A stretch of 60,169 bases of DNA from an uncultured virus (IMG/VR IMGVR_UViG_3300006919_000039). Lineage: Duplodnaviria > Heunggongvirae > Uroviricota > Caudoviricetes. Below, in pieces: positions 22,201 to 30,643 of this stretch. The DNA lies in IMG/VR virus record IMGVR_UViG_3300006919_000039; one strand, written 5' to 3'. Positions within the stretch are counted from its first letter, which is position 1; every line of letters starts with the position of its first letter. The position numbers and the translations under genes were made by a program. The notes beneath the pieces were generated by a model. That model saw nothing but the letters and a program-made list of their open reading frames with translations, did not search any database and was not told the origin of the DNA.

Positions 22201-24911
22201 GCTTTAATATTAACTACTGCACCTTCTGTAAACTCTAATGCAACAAAATTTGCATCACCATCTTCTGCACCTGTAGGATTTTCATTTAAATTTGCAACTC
22301 TTGATAATGATATGGTTGCATTTGAATGGCCTACTTTGTAAATGTATTTAGAAATGCTTTCTGATTCATTTGGAAAAATTATAGTTCCGCCAACTGGTAA
22401 AGGTGATCCATCAATTAGTATACTAACTGCCTGTCCTTCTATTTCTGATTTTTTCCTTACTGGTTCAACTACCAAAACCTCACCAATAAAATTTTTGCCA
22501 TGGTTGTATAATTCTATGTCATGGTCAAATTCTATAATTGGTCTTTTTGCTCTATATTCTTTACCGGGTATATCCATACCAGCATCAATGTAGTTTTGTT
22601 TATGATGCCAAAAGTTTACCCTACTCCAAACATTTCTATTAGATGATCCTCTTTTTAAAACATTATAGTCTGGATTTCCCTGTGAAGTTCTACCTCCCCA
22701 AACAGCATCTCCATTTCCATCGCCATCATTGTCTATATCCCAACCATAGTCAGTAGAACTATCAGGAGCACCACCTAAATAAAAGTCTCCAGTGTTTGGG
22801 TCAACTCCACTAAGTGCCATATCTGAAATACCAGTAGTAAATGTACCACTTGCATTGGATGTAAATGAGTACATGTCTGTTCTCACAGTACCCACAAATC
22901 CTGTACCGTTAAAAATTACACTTAAATTTGAACCTTGGTTTAATAATACATCATGAGATATTTTTAAAATATCTCCCTCTCTGGCTACATCAAATGTTAA
23001 ATCTGAACCCCCACCTGAACCTAACTCAGCATCTGTTATTGTGATAGTATCACCTACAGCATGTCCTGTACCACCGTTTAAAAATTCTATAAAACTGTCG
23101 CCTGGCTCGAGAACATTATCTATTGTGAATGTAATTGTGTCTGAGTTTGCACTTCCAAAAAGATTTCCATAAATTGTAAATGTGTCTCCTTCTGAAAAGT
23201 CTATACCTCCATCATTAATATCAATACTAACAGTACCTGAACTTATATTAACGTTAAATATTGCATCATTACCTGAACCTGATGTTGCTATGTTTCCTGC
23301 TGTGGGGACGTCTAACATGTCCACTAAAAATGATGTATCTGAAACTGACACATTACTGAGTGTGATATTTCCTAGTTCAAATATGCCTTGAGGTTTTTCT
23401 ATTTCTAAAACATTAAAAGTTAAATCAGGACCACTTACACCATCTATATCATTACCTGCTATTGTAAGCAGTTCTGCTCTGCGATAGCCACTACCAGCAT
23501 TATTAATAGTAACAGTAACATTTTGGCTTCCGTCATACTCAATATCAAATGTTGCACCAGTACCTGTACCACCTGTGGCACTTAATCCTGTTTTTGTTAT
23601 ATTTGTTCTAGCAGTTGATATTGTAGCATTACCTTGCCATACTGCTTTTTGGTCGTCAATGTTTACAATAGTTTGTATTTCTGTTTCATCAAAAACTGTA
23701 ACTCTAAAGTTTTGATTTATACCACTACCACTAGTGGTACCAGATGTAGTATATATTCCAGGTGTTCTGCTTGTATCAAAACTATTAGAAATATTTTCAA
23801 TAGATACAATAGATGTATTTGTTAAACTTTCAACAGTAGCATTTTCTGTGCCACTTATTAAAACATTTTGACCTATAAAAATATTACTGCTGTCATCAAG
23901 TGCTAATTTATTATAAGAATATTCTCTAGTACTTTTGTCAGCATTATAAAATGACACCATAGTATTTGCAACATTAAGTGTTGTAAAGACTTCTGTACCT
24001 GTAATTGTTAATCCAATAGGCGCACTATAACCTGTTCCATTTGCTGTAACAGTTACGTCAGTAATACTTCCACTTACATTAGAATTTGCTGTTGCTGTTG
24101 CTAATGTTGTATTTGCTCCAGTAAAAGATATAACTGGTTCTAAATAACCTATACCAGGATTATCAATTATTACACCAGTAATATTTCCTGCTGTATGTTT
24201 AACATTAGTATCTAATTCTGTAAATACAGTATTATCCCATGTGTTTAAAACTGCTGTAGAATAACCTGTTGCTACGTTTTGGTTTCTAGGTATAAGTCTT
24301 ATGGAGTCACCAACACCTTCAATATAATAGTCTATTCCTGATCTATTTGATGGTATTACAAATTCACCTGAAAAATTAACAACCATTCCATTTTTAAATG
24401 TTACATTATTTGCGGATGTGAATGATTTTTTACCTATAATATCAGTATCTATATCAATTGGATTAGACAATGAGCCTGTAACTGTAATTGCTCTTAAATC
24501 ATTATTGCTCCAAAAGTATTCCTGATAATTTATAAATTTGTCAATATCTATTGGAGGTAAAAATGATGTATAATTTGTACTAAAAATCCTGTTATGATCT
24601 TTTGTGTCTACACCATAAACTTTTAATTTGTCAACTACCTCATCATAAAAAACAAAGTTCTCACTTTCTCCTGTTTCTAAATTTAAAGTATTCACCGCAG
24701 GAGTTAAAGAATAATGATGTCTGTTTGCTGAAGTTTCTCGTAAAAAACTGCCTAGTACATTAAATTGGTCACTGTCTTGCTTACCAATAAATCCATTTAT
24801 GACTTCTACATTTGCTGGACTAAAAAGTTGTTCTACTGTACTGTCAAAGAAATTCTTTACAGCCGTAGTTTGCAATACGTTGGGTAATTTATTGTAAAGT
24901 TTATCCGCCAT
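13290..24911 (-). CDS. Giant baseplate wedge-like protein, N-terminal part (VrlC-like beta repeats, YHYH-like domain, CBM-like module)
   Basis: 3873-aa ORF coupled to gp6 by a TAATG overlap. Contains DIDKFINYQEYFW, RPNTHPWEMLGF, repeated (N/P)xGxGY motifs and GWAFDGLPIYGPYG. Confidence 0.8.
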   Translation of the reverse strand: MADKLYNKLPNVLQTTAVKNFFDSTVEQLFSPANVEVINGFIGKQDSDQFNVLGSFLRETSANRHHYSLTPAVNTLNLETGESENFVFYDEVVDKLKVYGVDTKDHNRIFSTNYTSFLPPIDIDKFINYQEYFWSNNDLRAITVTGSLSNPIDIDTDIIGKKSFTSANNVTFKNGMVVNFSGEFVIPSNRSGIDYYIEGVGDSIRLIPRNQNVATGYSTAVLNTWDNTVFTELDTNVKHTAGNITGVIIDNPGIGYLEPVISFTGANTTLATATANSNVSGSITDVTVTANGTGYSAPIGLTITGTEVFTTLNVANTMVSFYNADKSTREYSYNKLALDDSSNIFIGQNVLISGTENATVESLTNTSIVSIENISNSFDTSRTPGIYTTSGTTSGSGINQNFRVTVFDETEIQTIVNIDDQKAVWQGNATISTARTNITKTGLSATGGTGTGATFDIEYDGSQNVTVTINNAGSGYRRAELLTIAGNDIDGVSGPDLTFNVLEIEKPQGIFELGNITLSNVSVSDTSFLVDMLDVPTAGNIATSGSGNDAIFNVNISSGTVSIDINDGGIDFSEGDTFTIYGNLFGSANSDTITFTIDNVLEPGDSFIEFLNGGTGHAVGDTITITDAELGSGGGSDLTFDVAREGDILKISHDVLLNQGSNLSVIFNGTGFVGTVRTDMYSFTSNASGTFTTGISDMALSGVDPNTGDFYLGGAPDSSTDYGWDIDNDGDGNGDAVWGGRTSQGNPDYNVLKRGSSNRNVWSRVNFWHHKQNYIDAGMDIPGKEYRAKRPIIEFDHDIELYNHGKNFIGEVLVVEPVRKKSEIEGQAVSILIDGSPLPVGGTIIFPNESESISKYIYKVGHSNATISLSRVANLNENPTGAEDGDANFVALEFTEGAVVNIKAGEQNIGSEWHWKNNILQKAQSKLNLHQAPLFNIYNDEGSFLGDTSIYPNTDFVGNKIFNYKIGTGTKDSILNFPLSYKQFYKSSEIQFENFLENYTVKYSKDNASTSIPGYFYYKKDKLVPEFHNTWKEGNNKSKQSVKTFYYINRFDLDNKSLVYFIGCEPEENSNFSSGYNIVVKVNDKIVTNYVYTEKGLIKFDSFDFNDKDVIEIIAHTKNGLISERSISKYDVPITWDRNIQKLDITNISKPEYLEHFSNLIKNTSGITGDALGNNNFKDLKANPSDAKDIVKADEDLILGTFLLDEAPHNLVDAINFCHKEYVGYKNRLVFEIEKYLNSTDADNYTNEFILDNVLRNVISFSVGKDVFQRTYTIPFGDNYITEEKIINTLNDTSYTPAKYIDLSKIENSILVYKVRGTQTDLLEIDKDYTLTSTTTSNTFTPTSHLDLALADKLVFKIYDKERDSAECPPTPSVLGLYPLTQPVIESDTSFQEAVSVIIGHDGSKIPTKGTREDQILLEFEIRIYNSAKKEFRDANSLPELSVFNVRSGKFRNTNFSNDEWYDLMRTNFNTWNLKNKTDFVTNEFYDSNNEWTWNYRGASSVPGHWRGWYEYYYDTVRPNTHPWEMLGFTEKPTWWDSQYITTTYTDYSSNNTPMWQDLELGLIRQGSRENLSGNEYKDLENNPCARPGLKDVLPVDSSGNLKSPYDIDSTGSTTITKTYNETVSNTSLDYKTTSYLLTDGLSVYFDNANVYVSSKNIPNYNTDKIGTLAGEQPIKPITSAYSIPQVNLNSITLSNTSMQDGAIGVLVNGQPIYNPSNATTFEDEGNWTYNAGFLEKNGRDEGIIAHTDNNGLVHTHVPTEEMSNTEVWGNSTTHSGIVGWAFDGLPIYGPYGYNSYHANGIVDDNSITNVKSSFELKPGSRSSHPGGAHTGLFLEDYQYSASLALQNGTAGKFNTRYGVTPESSSTPIRFYVVTIDDDGAPMFPYAIGGGTKTDNTYNSEFFATPQDLSNNRKGIAPTPSSVTTAIRSTYTETQTQDNTQNAEWRIGDGAPVENAWKYSSSYPFAVIRSLLLAKPGKFARAFADPIALVKTTVGPKSFRVSKTTRKTWNYKNDDDFRIHGTYDSENQFVSNIGYSQFIKSWLKFQDYDITNNFKEKLKTLNTKISHRMAGFVDSDTATIKTDQYSTTGNASSIIIPVENRKVTIHDSGNKSRNNYTGVIIEKTINGYKIKGFDTSLSYFNILESDKQKESQSITRGGKPVSYINWASNKEYPLGTIVNYLGSYYMSRMNVPSNSTFISDQWDRLPSLPQQGGAKGIIYKESTGIIKRIDYNKEFTSVQEVFDLLISLGRYQESIGFNFGEYDDSIGNVKNWNYAAEQFLFWVTGGWEVGNTLELSPGAGSIEFLKQNEAVSEIKRVYRDQFSILDQNGAVIDPKECEIIRDANRLQIKPPVGSQIYSITLYTKQLEHVLSIDNVSDFNDTYYNDLLNQRIKRLNFKGKRTLGWDGRFSSEGFIIDEGELQPNLDNITSTMANYHTIGFVPVDKQLYNASRNLIGFENKSYLTELGITDDDQVEFYKGAIQSKGTLNSISKILNSNSIVQGNVNIYDEWALKTGSFGDLDNNQSIELKLSKQDIVQDPQLFQLEFPEDITGLVKEIVITERNASYYETPLIELGAPTNSPKKQATAVATLSSDGTINSISITEPGTGYVEANTTLTVLTSNLNVTSNTYTFNYVSAVSESLFPQSNISGIANITIADHFASNTSAQTIDLSSVTEVANVVTAINTDSVTNANIVATAIETFDSNANSSSFVLQITGSDFTLGGSGLANLNLTAQRYQPRQRFGFTIANNTTVDNIIVSVDDTLVPRIDGNVTYWEYDAGDRFQTTTSTLTTSGPYDVNIASLTGMINSSSIIANENTALVEGIYSYVDVYVNGTKLENTVDQSQYSVPNNTTVRILDVTNLPEGNIAPNSNIYIVEKATIDFTDDYQGDIPTSNLSIKVQSNEGFSVQIASKRIFDITPDIKNDEIITLDIDDKNRFLKKPNGIRTNEIWPLVSNVDYTGVKDIEFTQIPNAGYVDRKHVNYQSFGVIDMPDLFGADRVYKPSKNELIHIAKSENNDWNVYKLREPEDLGVTFIEQDGTPGAYLYTTADLFDYVDSNQLQQNDLSRFLDYTLVIKRARTSQDVVLWTNQEVVDKKSALIRDFGAITMLQANIDTIGVGASSTFYHDFSNISPAQRSKIVGDVVQADANGTVIMTANGGSTIQNGDQIFLIDPAHTLVTHSATSLLHSDTANATSGSANAIYDSKITITASNPANVTNIVGNITMIDLTFSGSNVGDFTPSEVTSLRYTASNVDYVAGTFDIHTDDSTFQSYFGNVANTTITSVTNSLTSVQFTVHEHSNVHLQTVTASNVNLNNGTFTFNQSNVTANASNMVGRLLTKCELTVPDHGLYIGEIVKVLSNNIRGYYQVESATQNSFVINAPYHANLDVTGQVLTRGLHIKTSEPHNLPVGYNGKRVMVHQAQNPYYNQTYNVGYVKSNTEIIIEDVFAWNATEDDVSPSFNAVVDGSVVNSNSIKLSSPPIEIGRKFIVTGSGITERVRVTDISKMNVTGVIKLDKKVSVADGVPLTFEKECVLTTLDHDVIKLNNTSFRIDDTTTPQGIVESFNNTQAIKAGLINKKGNTFGLGIPMLKKPYLPDGTPYRAYAGKSPYVRNEELDENLSAGMDKMGHIKFKNPANAGYKPFNKNPVQSYIDPNSPLSGAYGSGVKTPYNNYLATPQYFGTGGSITGGPDVNVGNTYADQGPISNGVVDVPVWTPKINQNSSLNDIGPGAPVFTGQALQGAPEKRCGPDACASTNRAGRGIPHSIIRGNGPLTWNSQNCAIESTGTITVSGTVSGTGHGKRKWGGDYSGYYSPTGQTGGGAIDFKKRAAAGAVTWSDNGSTQSFRVPFKVTQSGKIYVHGYQSVNQVETQPQYQ

Positions 24912-27900
24912 TAATATCCACCACTAGAACTTGAACCAGTTGAACCTGAATTTGATGAACTGCTGTCATTACCTATTGTTCCTGTGTAATTACCATGGAA
25001 CATTGTTTTGTTCATAACTAGGCCATTAGGCATGTAAAATACTTGTCCATAAAATCTGTGTATATGACTAGTGCCGTCGCCAGCCGCATTTGCAAGAACT
25101 TCGTCTGCATATAAAGGATAATATCCGTTAATTGCATAAGGCCCTGCGGATTCTATTGCATCATTGGCTATAACAACATTAGAAGCATTATCTATATTAA
25201 TTGTTGATCTTGTTAATTTACTAATTATTTCTATATCTGATACTTTTGCTGTACTTAAAAATAATTCATTTGATTCTGGTTTTACACTAAATAAATCTCC
25301 AAATTTACTGTTTCCCTGTTTAGGCAAGATCACAATACTACCAACCATTCCTTTTAATTGTTGATGAACGTATGTGCTTAATTCTGTGAAGTAAAAAGTT
25401 TCTCCGAAATCCCAATTTGAAGGGTCAAAATAAGTGTTAAATGCTGAAATAATTTTAGATTTAATTTCGTTATCGCTCACATTTTCTGAAAGTTTTACCA
25501 CTCTAAATTTTGCTTGTAATTCTGGATCAGCGTCTGCACCAAATAATTTTTTAAATTTTGCACTTTTAAATATTAAACTGTCACTTGCACTTTTAAACTC
25601 GTTGAGTTCACTAAACTGTACACTTAATTCATATGCTGAAGGGGGTGTAGGATATGGAGTACCTGGAACATTTAAATATTTGTTAATTTCTGTATTATAT
25701 GTTTTTGTTAAAACAGTCATTTCTATAACATTGCTAATACTTGGGTCTATTCTGACATCTTTATCAGCCACATGATTCCATTTAAATACCATTGGTGTTT
25801 GTTCAGTTAAAAGTGTATTCTGTGATTCACCTCTGCCTTGTTTTACAGAATATTTGTCAGTTAGTACTGGCCTAATTTGGCTTACATTTGTGCTATTAGG
25901 CGTCATTATATATACTTTGTTTTCATTAACAACATATACCTTAACACCTGATAATTTTGTTGTATTATTTTGCAGGTAAGAGGTAACCATATCATAATTG
26001 TCAACTACTATCCAGGATGTATTTGTAAATGATTGAGGATTATCGTATGTATCTGGGCTTAAAGTATTATTATTATCTTCTCTAATTAAAACAGTTTCTC
26101 CTCTGTAGTCTAATATTTCACCTTTAGAAGATCTTTCGTAAGTATAGCCATCAAAATCATCGTATTTTTCAAAAAATACTAAATCGTTAGAGTCTACGAA
26201 TTCAGAAAATTGTAACGGTCTATCTGGTACTAAGTCGTTATCAGTATCGTATGGTGCTACAAGTACCTTTGAATTGTCAGTAAACCCGTCTGGTTCTTTA
26301 TATGTACCTATAATATGCCAATCAATATTTCTATCTAATCTGTCTTTATAATTTTCATAACTTACTACTATTTTATCTACAAAAGTTTTTCCGCTACTGT
26401 CTGTAGCATTTAGATAATTTTGATTTTGTAGTTCGGTATATACTAAATTACCTGATTGTGTATTAACATCCACGTTTGCTAAAATTAATCTTCCAAGTGA
26501 ACTTGCATTATGACTTGCTCCGCCTACTCCAAAACTGTGTGTAACACCACTGCTGTTGGCATGGAAAATTTCTACTGTTGCTGTACCCGTATTGTATTGT
26601 TTATACATTACGTTACCTTCACTGTTAATAATATTATAACCAAATGTTGTATTTGTAAATGGTATCGTAATATTGCCAGGTATTTTAGATACTGTACCTA
26701 TGTTATTTGCAATGGTTACATTAGTTGTAAGGGCGGCCGCAGTACCATCATCATAATATGTGTTTAGTGTAATTTTAGTATCGTTTACAAAAGTATCTAA
26801 GTTTATAATATCTGTTGGAGTATTGTTTGTTGGTACTCTCATTATACCAAAATTACTTTCCCATTGGAATCCAACATCAAACCATTTGGTATCTCTAGAC
26901 CTTAATGGTAGTCCTATGTTATATGAACTAGCAGTTGGTGTTGTAAATGCTCCAGTTTCTTCACTATACCAAGAATCATTCAAACTATCAAAACTAGGAT
27001 TACTATTATACCACCTAAATCTTTCAGTACTTCCTGGTTTATTATTAAGTGTTGTGATACTAATTTTATCCATATTGGATTTATTATTTGTATCAACAAC
27101 TTTTACATTATTAATATTGTAAAATTTTATATCGCTATTACTTTGAAGAATATAATTTTCACCTCTTAGGGTTATTTCATATTTGTAAGAACTTTCATTA
27201 ATAGGCACAAATGTAAATAATAATAACCAACTACTGTCAATAGGATTACCTGTGGTTTTTCCTGTATCAACTGCATCATAGTCTGATGTTTTATCTAAAT
27301 TTTCGTTTTCTATTATATACCAAGTATCTGCAGATAAATTAGTATCTACATAAGCAGGAGAATATCCTAATCCAAATGTTTTCTTGTTTTCTATTTGTGA
27401 TTGAACACTTATAATTTCAGTTCCCTGAAGTTCTTTTCTTAATGACACAATTACTTCATGTGCTTTCCATCCTGCAGGAATACTTGCACTTAAGGTCCAT
27501 GGGCCTACCGCTGTACTTAAACCACTTGTAAGTAATCCAGCATTTTCTTCTCTGGTAATTCTTACCCATTTATAGTCAGCAACATTGTCTGGATTTACCC
27601 ATTTAATAAAGTTGTTTTCCTGAATTTGTTTAAATGTTAGATAGTTATTTGTTAAAACAGACTCTGAACCAGACGATGTTACACTGGTTGTTTCAGTCAT
27701 ATAACCTGTGGCACCTTCATTAGTTACTGGTAGCGGCCTCCATGTAATATCCAAACTTTCTAAATCAAAGGAATTGTTTTTAAAATCAACCCAATTTTTT
27801 CTAGCAGTTTCATATAAGAAATTATTTAATGCCTGATTTTTAAGCAATTCAGGCAGTTTATTTACCACAAAATTATTAGCAGTATTATTAGGGCTTACTA

Positions 27901-29392
27901 CAGTTGTTGAGGAGGTTGTACTATATTCTTTATAAAGATATCCATCGTCTCCATATAATTCAATGTTTTGAACAGTTCCAGTAGGGTCATTGATGTCAAT
28001 GTATCTGCTATGACCTGCATGTGTTTTATTAACTGCTTTTAACTTTTGAATGTTACTACTTTTACTAAATGGAAAAACATTATAGTCCTGAGCACTAACC
28101 ATTCTGTTTTGTGTATAATAGATTTGCGAAGCATTTCTTTTTATGTTTCCTACAGTTTCAGTAGGAAGTCCATTGTTTACAGTTGATTGTAAACTAAATG
28201 TGACTGTTAAATTGTAAATTTTTCCTTCTTTGTTTTCATAAGGAATTGTTACAGTTCTTCTATCCATGTCTGCTGGTCTAATAGCATAGTTTTCACCGTC
28301 GCTAGTTCTGTACCATACTCTATAAACACCTGTGGGTATTTTACCAAAATTACCGTCAGTAAATTTTAACCTAACATCATCGTTAGGTAATGTTTCTGCC
28401 GCATATAAATTTCTAGTGTTTTGCTGTTGAGCATTAAAATTTATTGTTTGTCCTACTGTATTTTGAATTCTAGACCATTTGTTTATAATAGAACCTGATG
28501 TTCTTATTTCTTGCACCCATAAATCTGTTTGGTTGATGCCAACTACACCTACATCCTGACTTCTGTTTGGTAATGGTGCTGTAAAATTAAAGTCTTTGGA
28601 TTTAAGTTGACCCTGTTTAAACATCATAAAAAATCCAGAATTTATACTGTTTTGACCTTTACCATCGTTTCTGTAAATTAATCCAAAACTGTTTATGGGG
28701 TCAGGATGCCTTTCATAAAAGTATTGGTTATCGTAAAAATCAGCATCTACAATTTCAAAATTTCTGCTTGAACCTGCTACTTGTGAAGTAAAGCCAAATG
28801 CTAAAGGACTGTTTAAACTTTTTAATATCCTATATACTTCAGTTTTAATACCACCAACTGTGCCTTCTTTTGCAGGTGAAGTAAATCTATTAGAAGTAGA
28901 CAAAGCACTATTTAATACTGTAATAAATTGCTCATAAGCATCAGCATTATTGGCGTCTGCCCAAAAAATAGGTTTACCTGCCAAATTATTGCCTAGGCTA
29001 TCTGTAATAGGTTCTGATGTACTAATGGCAACTATTTTTGCGAGTCCAGACGCTGGTATTCTTCTTCTTGGTGAATACCCTAACATCCTTGCTAGTTTAA
29101 ATACTGAATCTCTTCTTTCAGCAGTTTCTAAAAAGTTTTCTCTACTGTTAAGGTCCATTCTAAATGCTAATGATTGAGCCACAAAAGCCAACAATTCTAT
29201 AATTGCAATAAACTCTGAACTTTCTATATAGTCATTAAAATTTTCTGGATAATTTTGTTTGATATAACTTACCATTGACAGGCGTAAAGTATTAAAATCA
29301 TATGAAGTAAAATCTATATTAGAGAATACTTTATATGCAACTTTCCAATCTTCCGCGGCAAATAAATTATTTTGTCTTTCTGAATATGCCAT
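24911..29392 (-). CDS. gp6: Baseplate wedge subunit, T4 gp6-like
   Basis: DFTSYDF..., ENFLETAERRDSVFKLARMLGY, FTDGNFGKIP and QNRMVSAQDY motifs; directly follows the gp25-like gene. Confidence 0.85.
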   Translation of the reverse strand: MAYSERQNNLFAAEDWKVAYKVFSNIDFTSYDFNTLRLSMVSYIKQNYPENFNDYIESSEFIAIIELLAFVAQSLAFRMDLNSRENFLETAERRDSVFKLARMLGYSPRRRIPASGLAKIVAISTSEPITDSLGNNLAGKPIFWADANNADAYEQFITVLNSALSTSNRFTSPAKEGTVGGIKTEVYRILKSLNSPLAFGFTSQVAGSSRNFEIVDADFYDNQYFYERHPDPINSFGLIYRNDGKGQNSINSGFFMMFKQGQLKSKDFNFTAPLPNRSQDVGVVGINQTDLWVQEIRTSGSIINKWSRIQNTVGQTINFNAQQQNTRNLYAAETLPNDDVRLKFTDGNFGKIPTGVYRVWYRTSDGENYAIRPADMDRRTVTIPYENKEGKIYNLTVTFSLQSTVNNGLPTETVGNIKRNASQIYYTQNRMVSAQDYNVFPFSKSSNIQKLKAVNKTHAGHSRYIDINDPTGTVQNIELYGDDGYLYKEYSTTSSTTVVSPNNTANNFVVNKLPELLKNQALNNFLYETARKNWVDFKNNSFDLESLDITWRPLPVTNEGATGYMTETTSVTSSGSESVLTNNYLTFKQIQENNFIKWVNPDNVADYKWVRITREENAGLLTSGLSTAVGPWTLSASIPAGWKAHEVIVSLRKELQGTEIISVQSQIENKKTFGLGYSPAYVDTNLSADTWYIIENENLDKTSDYDAVDTGKTTGNPIDSSWLLLFTFVPINESSYKYEITLRGENYILQSNSDIKFYNINNVKVVDTNNKSNMDKISITTLNNKPGSTERFRWYNSNPSFDSLNDSWYSEETGAFTTPTASSYNIGLPLRSRDTKWFDVGFQWESNFGIMRVPTNNTPTDIINLDTFVNDTKITLNTYYDDGTAAALTTNVTIANNIGTVSKIPGNITIPFTNTTFGYNIINSEGNVMYKQYNTGTATVEIFHANSSGVTHSFGVGGASHNASSLGRLILANVDVNTQSGNLVYTELQNQNYLNATDSSGKTFVDKIVVSYENYKDRLDRNIDWHIIGTYKEPDGFTDNSKVLVAPYDTDNDLVPDRPLQFSEFVDSNDLVFFEKYDDFDGYTYERSSKGEILDYRGETVLIREDNNNTLSPDTYDNPQSFTNTSWIVVDNYDMVTSYLQNNTTKLSGVKVYVVNENKVYIMTPNSTNVSQIRPVLTDKYSVKQGRGESQNTLLTEQTPMVFKWNHVADKDVRIDPSISNVIEMTVLTKTYNTEINKYLNVPGTPYPTPPSAYELSVQFSELNEFKSASDSLIFKSAKFKKLFGADADPELQAKFRVVKLSENVSDNEIKSKIISAFNTYFDPSNWDFGETFYFTELSTYVHQQLKGMVGSIVILPKQGNSKFGDLFSVKPESNELFLSTAKVSDIEIISKLTRSTINIDNASNVVIANDAIESAGPYAINGYYPLYADEVLANAAGDGTSHIHRFYGQVFYMPNGLVMNKTMFHGNYTGTIGNDSSSSNSGSTGSSSSGGY

Positions 29393-29394
29393 TT

Positions 29395-29766
29395 TTACTC
29401 GATACCACTATTATTTACAAACTCTAAAAACAACATGTCGTCTGTATTAGTTTGCACATAGTTTAAAATTACTTCTGCCCTTATTGTATGGTCTGAAATA
29501 TATAATACTGTGCTTTTTAACTCCACTCTAGGATCCTTTGCAACTATTCTTTCAATGTCTGCTTTGATGTCTTCTTCAGTTGCTTCGTCTTCGGGCTCCA
29601 TTAAAAGGTCCCATATAATGCTACCAAAGTTTGGTCTCATTAATCTTTCTCCCTGCCTAGTATAAAACTCATTAAGGAGATCCCTCTTAACTAACTCAAC
29701 ATCATACAATGAGTAAGGTGCTCTAATATTGTCTACAGTATTAAATCCTCTGAATGTTGTCGCCAT
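29395..29766 (-). CDS. gp25: Baseplate wedge subunit, T4 gp25-like
   Basis: LLNEFYTRQGERLMRPNFGSIIWDLLMEP...DPRV signature. Start moved from the ORF track's 29787 to the ATG at 29766 because the late promoter box lies inside the longer version. Confidence 0.9.
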   Translation of the reverse strand: MATTFRGFNTVDNIRAPYSLYDVELVKRDLLNEFYTRQGERLMRPNFGSIIWDLLMEPEDEATEEDIKADIERIVAKDPRVELKSTVLYISDHTIRAEVILNYVQTNTDDMLFLEFVNNSGIE

Positions 29767-29771
29767 ACCTT

Positions 29772-29779
29772 TATTTATC
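29772..29779 (-). promoter_or_regulatory. Late promoter GATAAATA, 5 nt before the gp25 ATG
   Basis: Exact motif heading the gp25-gp6-giant wedge operon. Confidence 0.75.
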
Positions 29780-29806
29780 ATATTCATTAAAACAAGTTAT
29801 AATGGC

Positions 29807-29835
29807 TTGACAAAGAAAAAAATGTAGTATATAAT
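29807..29835 (+). promoter_or_regulatory. Consensus sigma70 promoter
   Basis: TTGACA (29807-29812), 17-nt spacer, TATAAT (29830-29835); the ATG follows at 29842. Confidence 0.9.
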
Positions 29836-29841
29836 GGCAAT

Positions 29842-30450
29842 ATGAAAAACGTGATTTACATACATGGTGCTAATGCTTGTGCTGATAATTTTAATTATTA
29901 CACACTAAAATTACCAGAACATAGGATTTTAACACCAGAATACAGTATGGAAGATGATCCCTTCGATGTAGTAGAAATGATCAGGCTACAAAAAGAACGT
30001 GAATTCGGCAAAGAACCAGTGTATTTTGTAGGGCATAGTTTTGGAGGGTTACTGGCGGCCTGGTATGTTAGTGTATATCCAAACAAAATTAAGCATTTAA
30101 TTACAATAGCAACTCCCTGGATGGGCACTCCTGTAGCAAGAATTTTTGGATATTTTTGGAGAAACTCCAAAATGTTTCAGAATACCAGACCTGGTGCAGA
30201 AGTTTTAGCACTCTTACAGGAAAAAAGGTATGCAGGAGCCCATACTAATATAGTATGTACAAAAGGTGCCAACCCTGTAGCAGGTTTAGGCGGTAAGGCA
30301 AATGACGGTATGATAGATTGTGATAGTCAAAGTGCAACTCCACCTAAATTCAAAATGTCTGAAAATACGTTTATAGAAGCAGGACATAGTGCTGTTTTGT
30401 TAAATAACAACGTAACAAACTTATTACAAAAAATAATATTTGAGGAATAA
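29842..30450 (+). CDS. Alpha/beta-hydrolase (lipase/esterase-like)
   Basis: IYIHGA oxyanion strand, GHSFGG nucleophile elbow, IATPWMGT, NDGMI (Asp) and AGHS (His) give a complete triad. Confidence 0.9.
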   Translation: MKNVIYIHGANACADNFNYYTLKLPEHRILTPEYSMEDDPFDVVEMIRLQKEREFGKEPVYFVGHSFGGLLAAWYVSVYPNKIKHLITIATPWMGTPVARIFGYFWRNSKMFQNTRPGAEVLALLQEKRYAGAHTNIVCTKGANPVAGLGGKANDGMIDCDSQSATPPKFKMSENTFIEAGHSAVLLNNNVTNLLQKIIFEE

Positions 30451-30451
30451 T

Positions 30452-30643
30452 ATGGAAGTAGTACATAGTTTAAATAACACACTAGAAGAAGAACTAAGAG
30501 TTATGCTAGTTAATAAAAATAATGAATGTGCCTCTCTAAGAGCTCATATTGAATTATTGGAAAAAGCAGTTGCTGAAGAACAAGAACAAAAGTACAGATT
30601 ACTTGTTGAAAATGCTGATCTTAAAAAATTTATAAAAGATTAA
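30452..30643 (+). CDS. Small coiled-coil protein
   Basis: GAGGA SD then ATG at 30452 (the ORF track starts at an upstream TTG at 30440); heptad-like L/E/K pattern. Confidence 0.65.
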   Translation: MEVVHSLNNTLEEELRVMLVNKNNECASLRAHIELLEKAVAEEQEQKYRLLVENADLKKFIKD

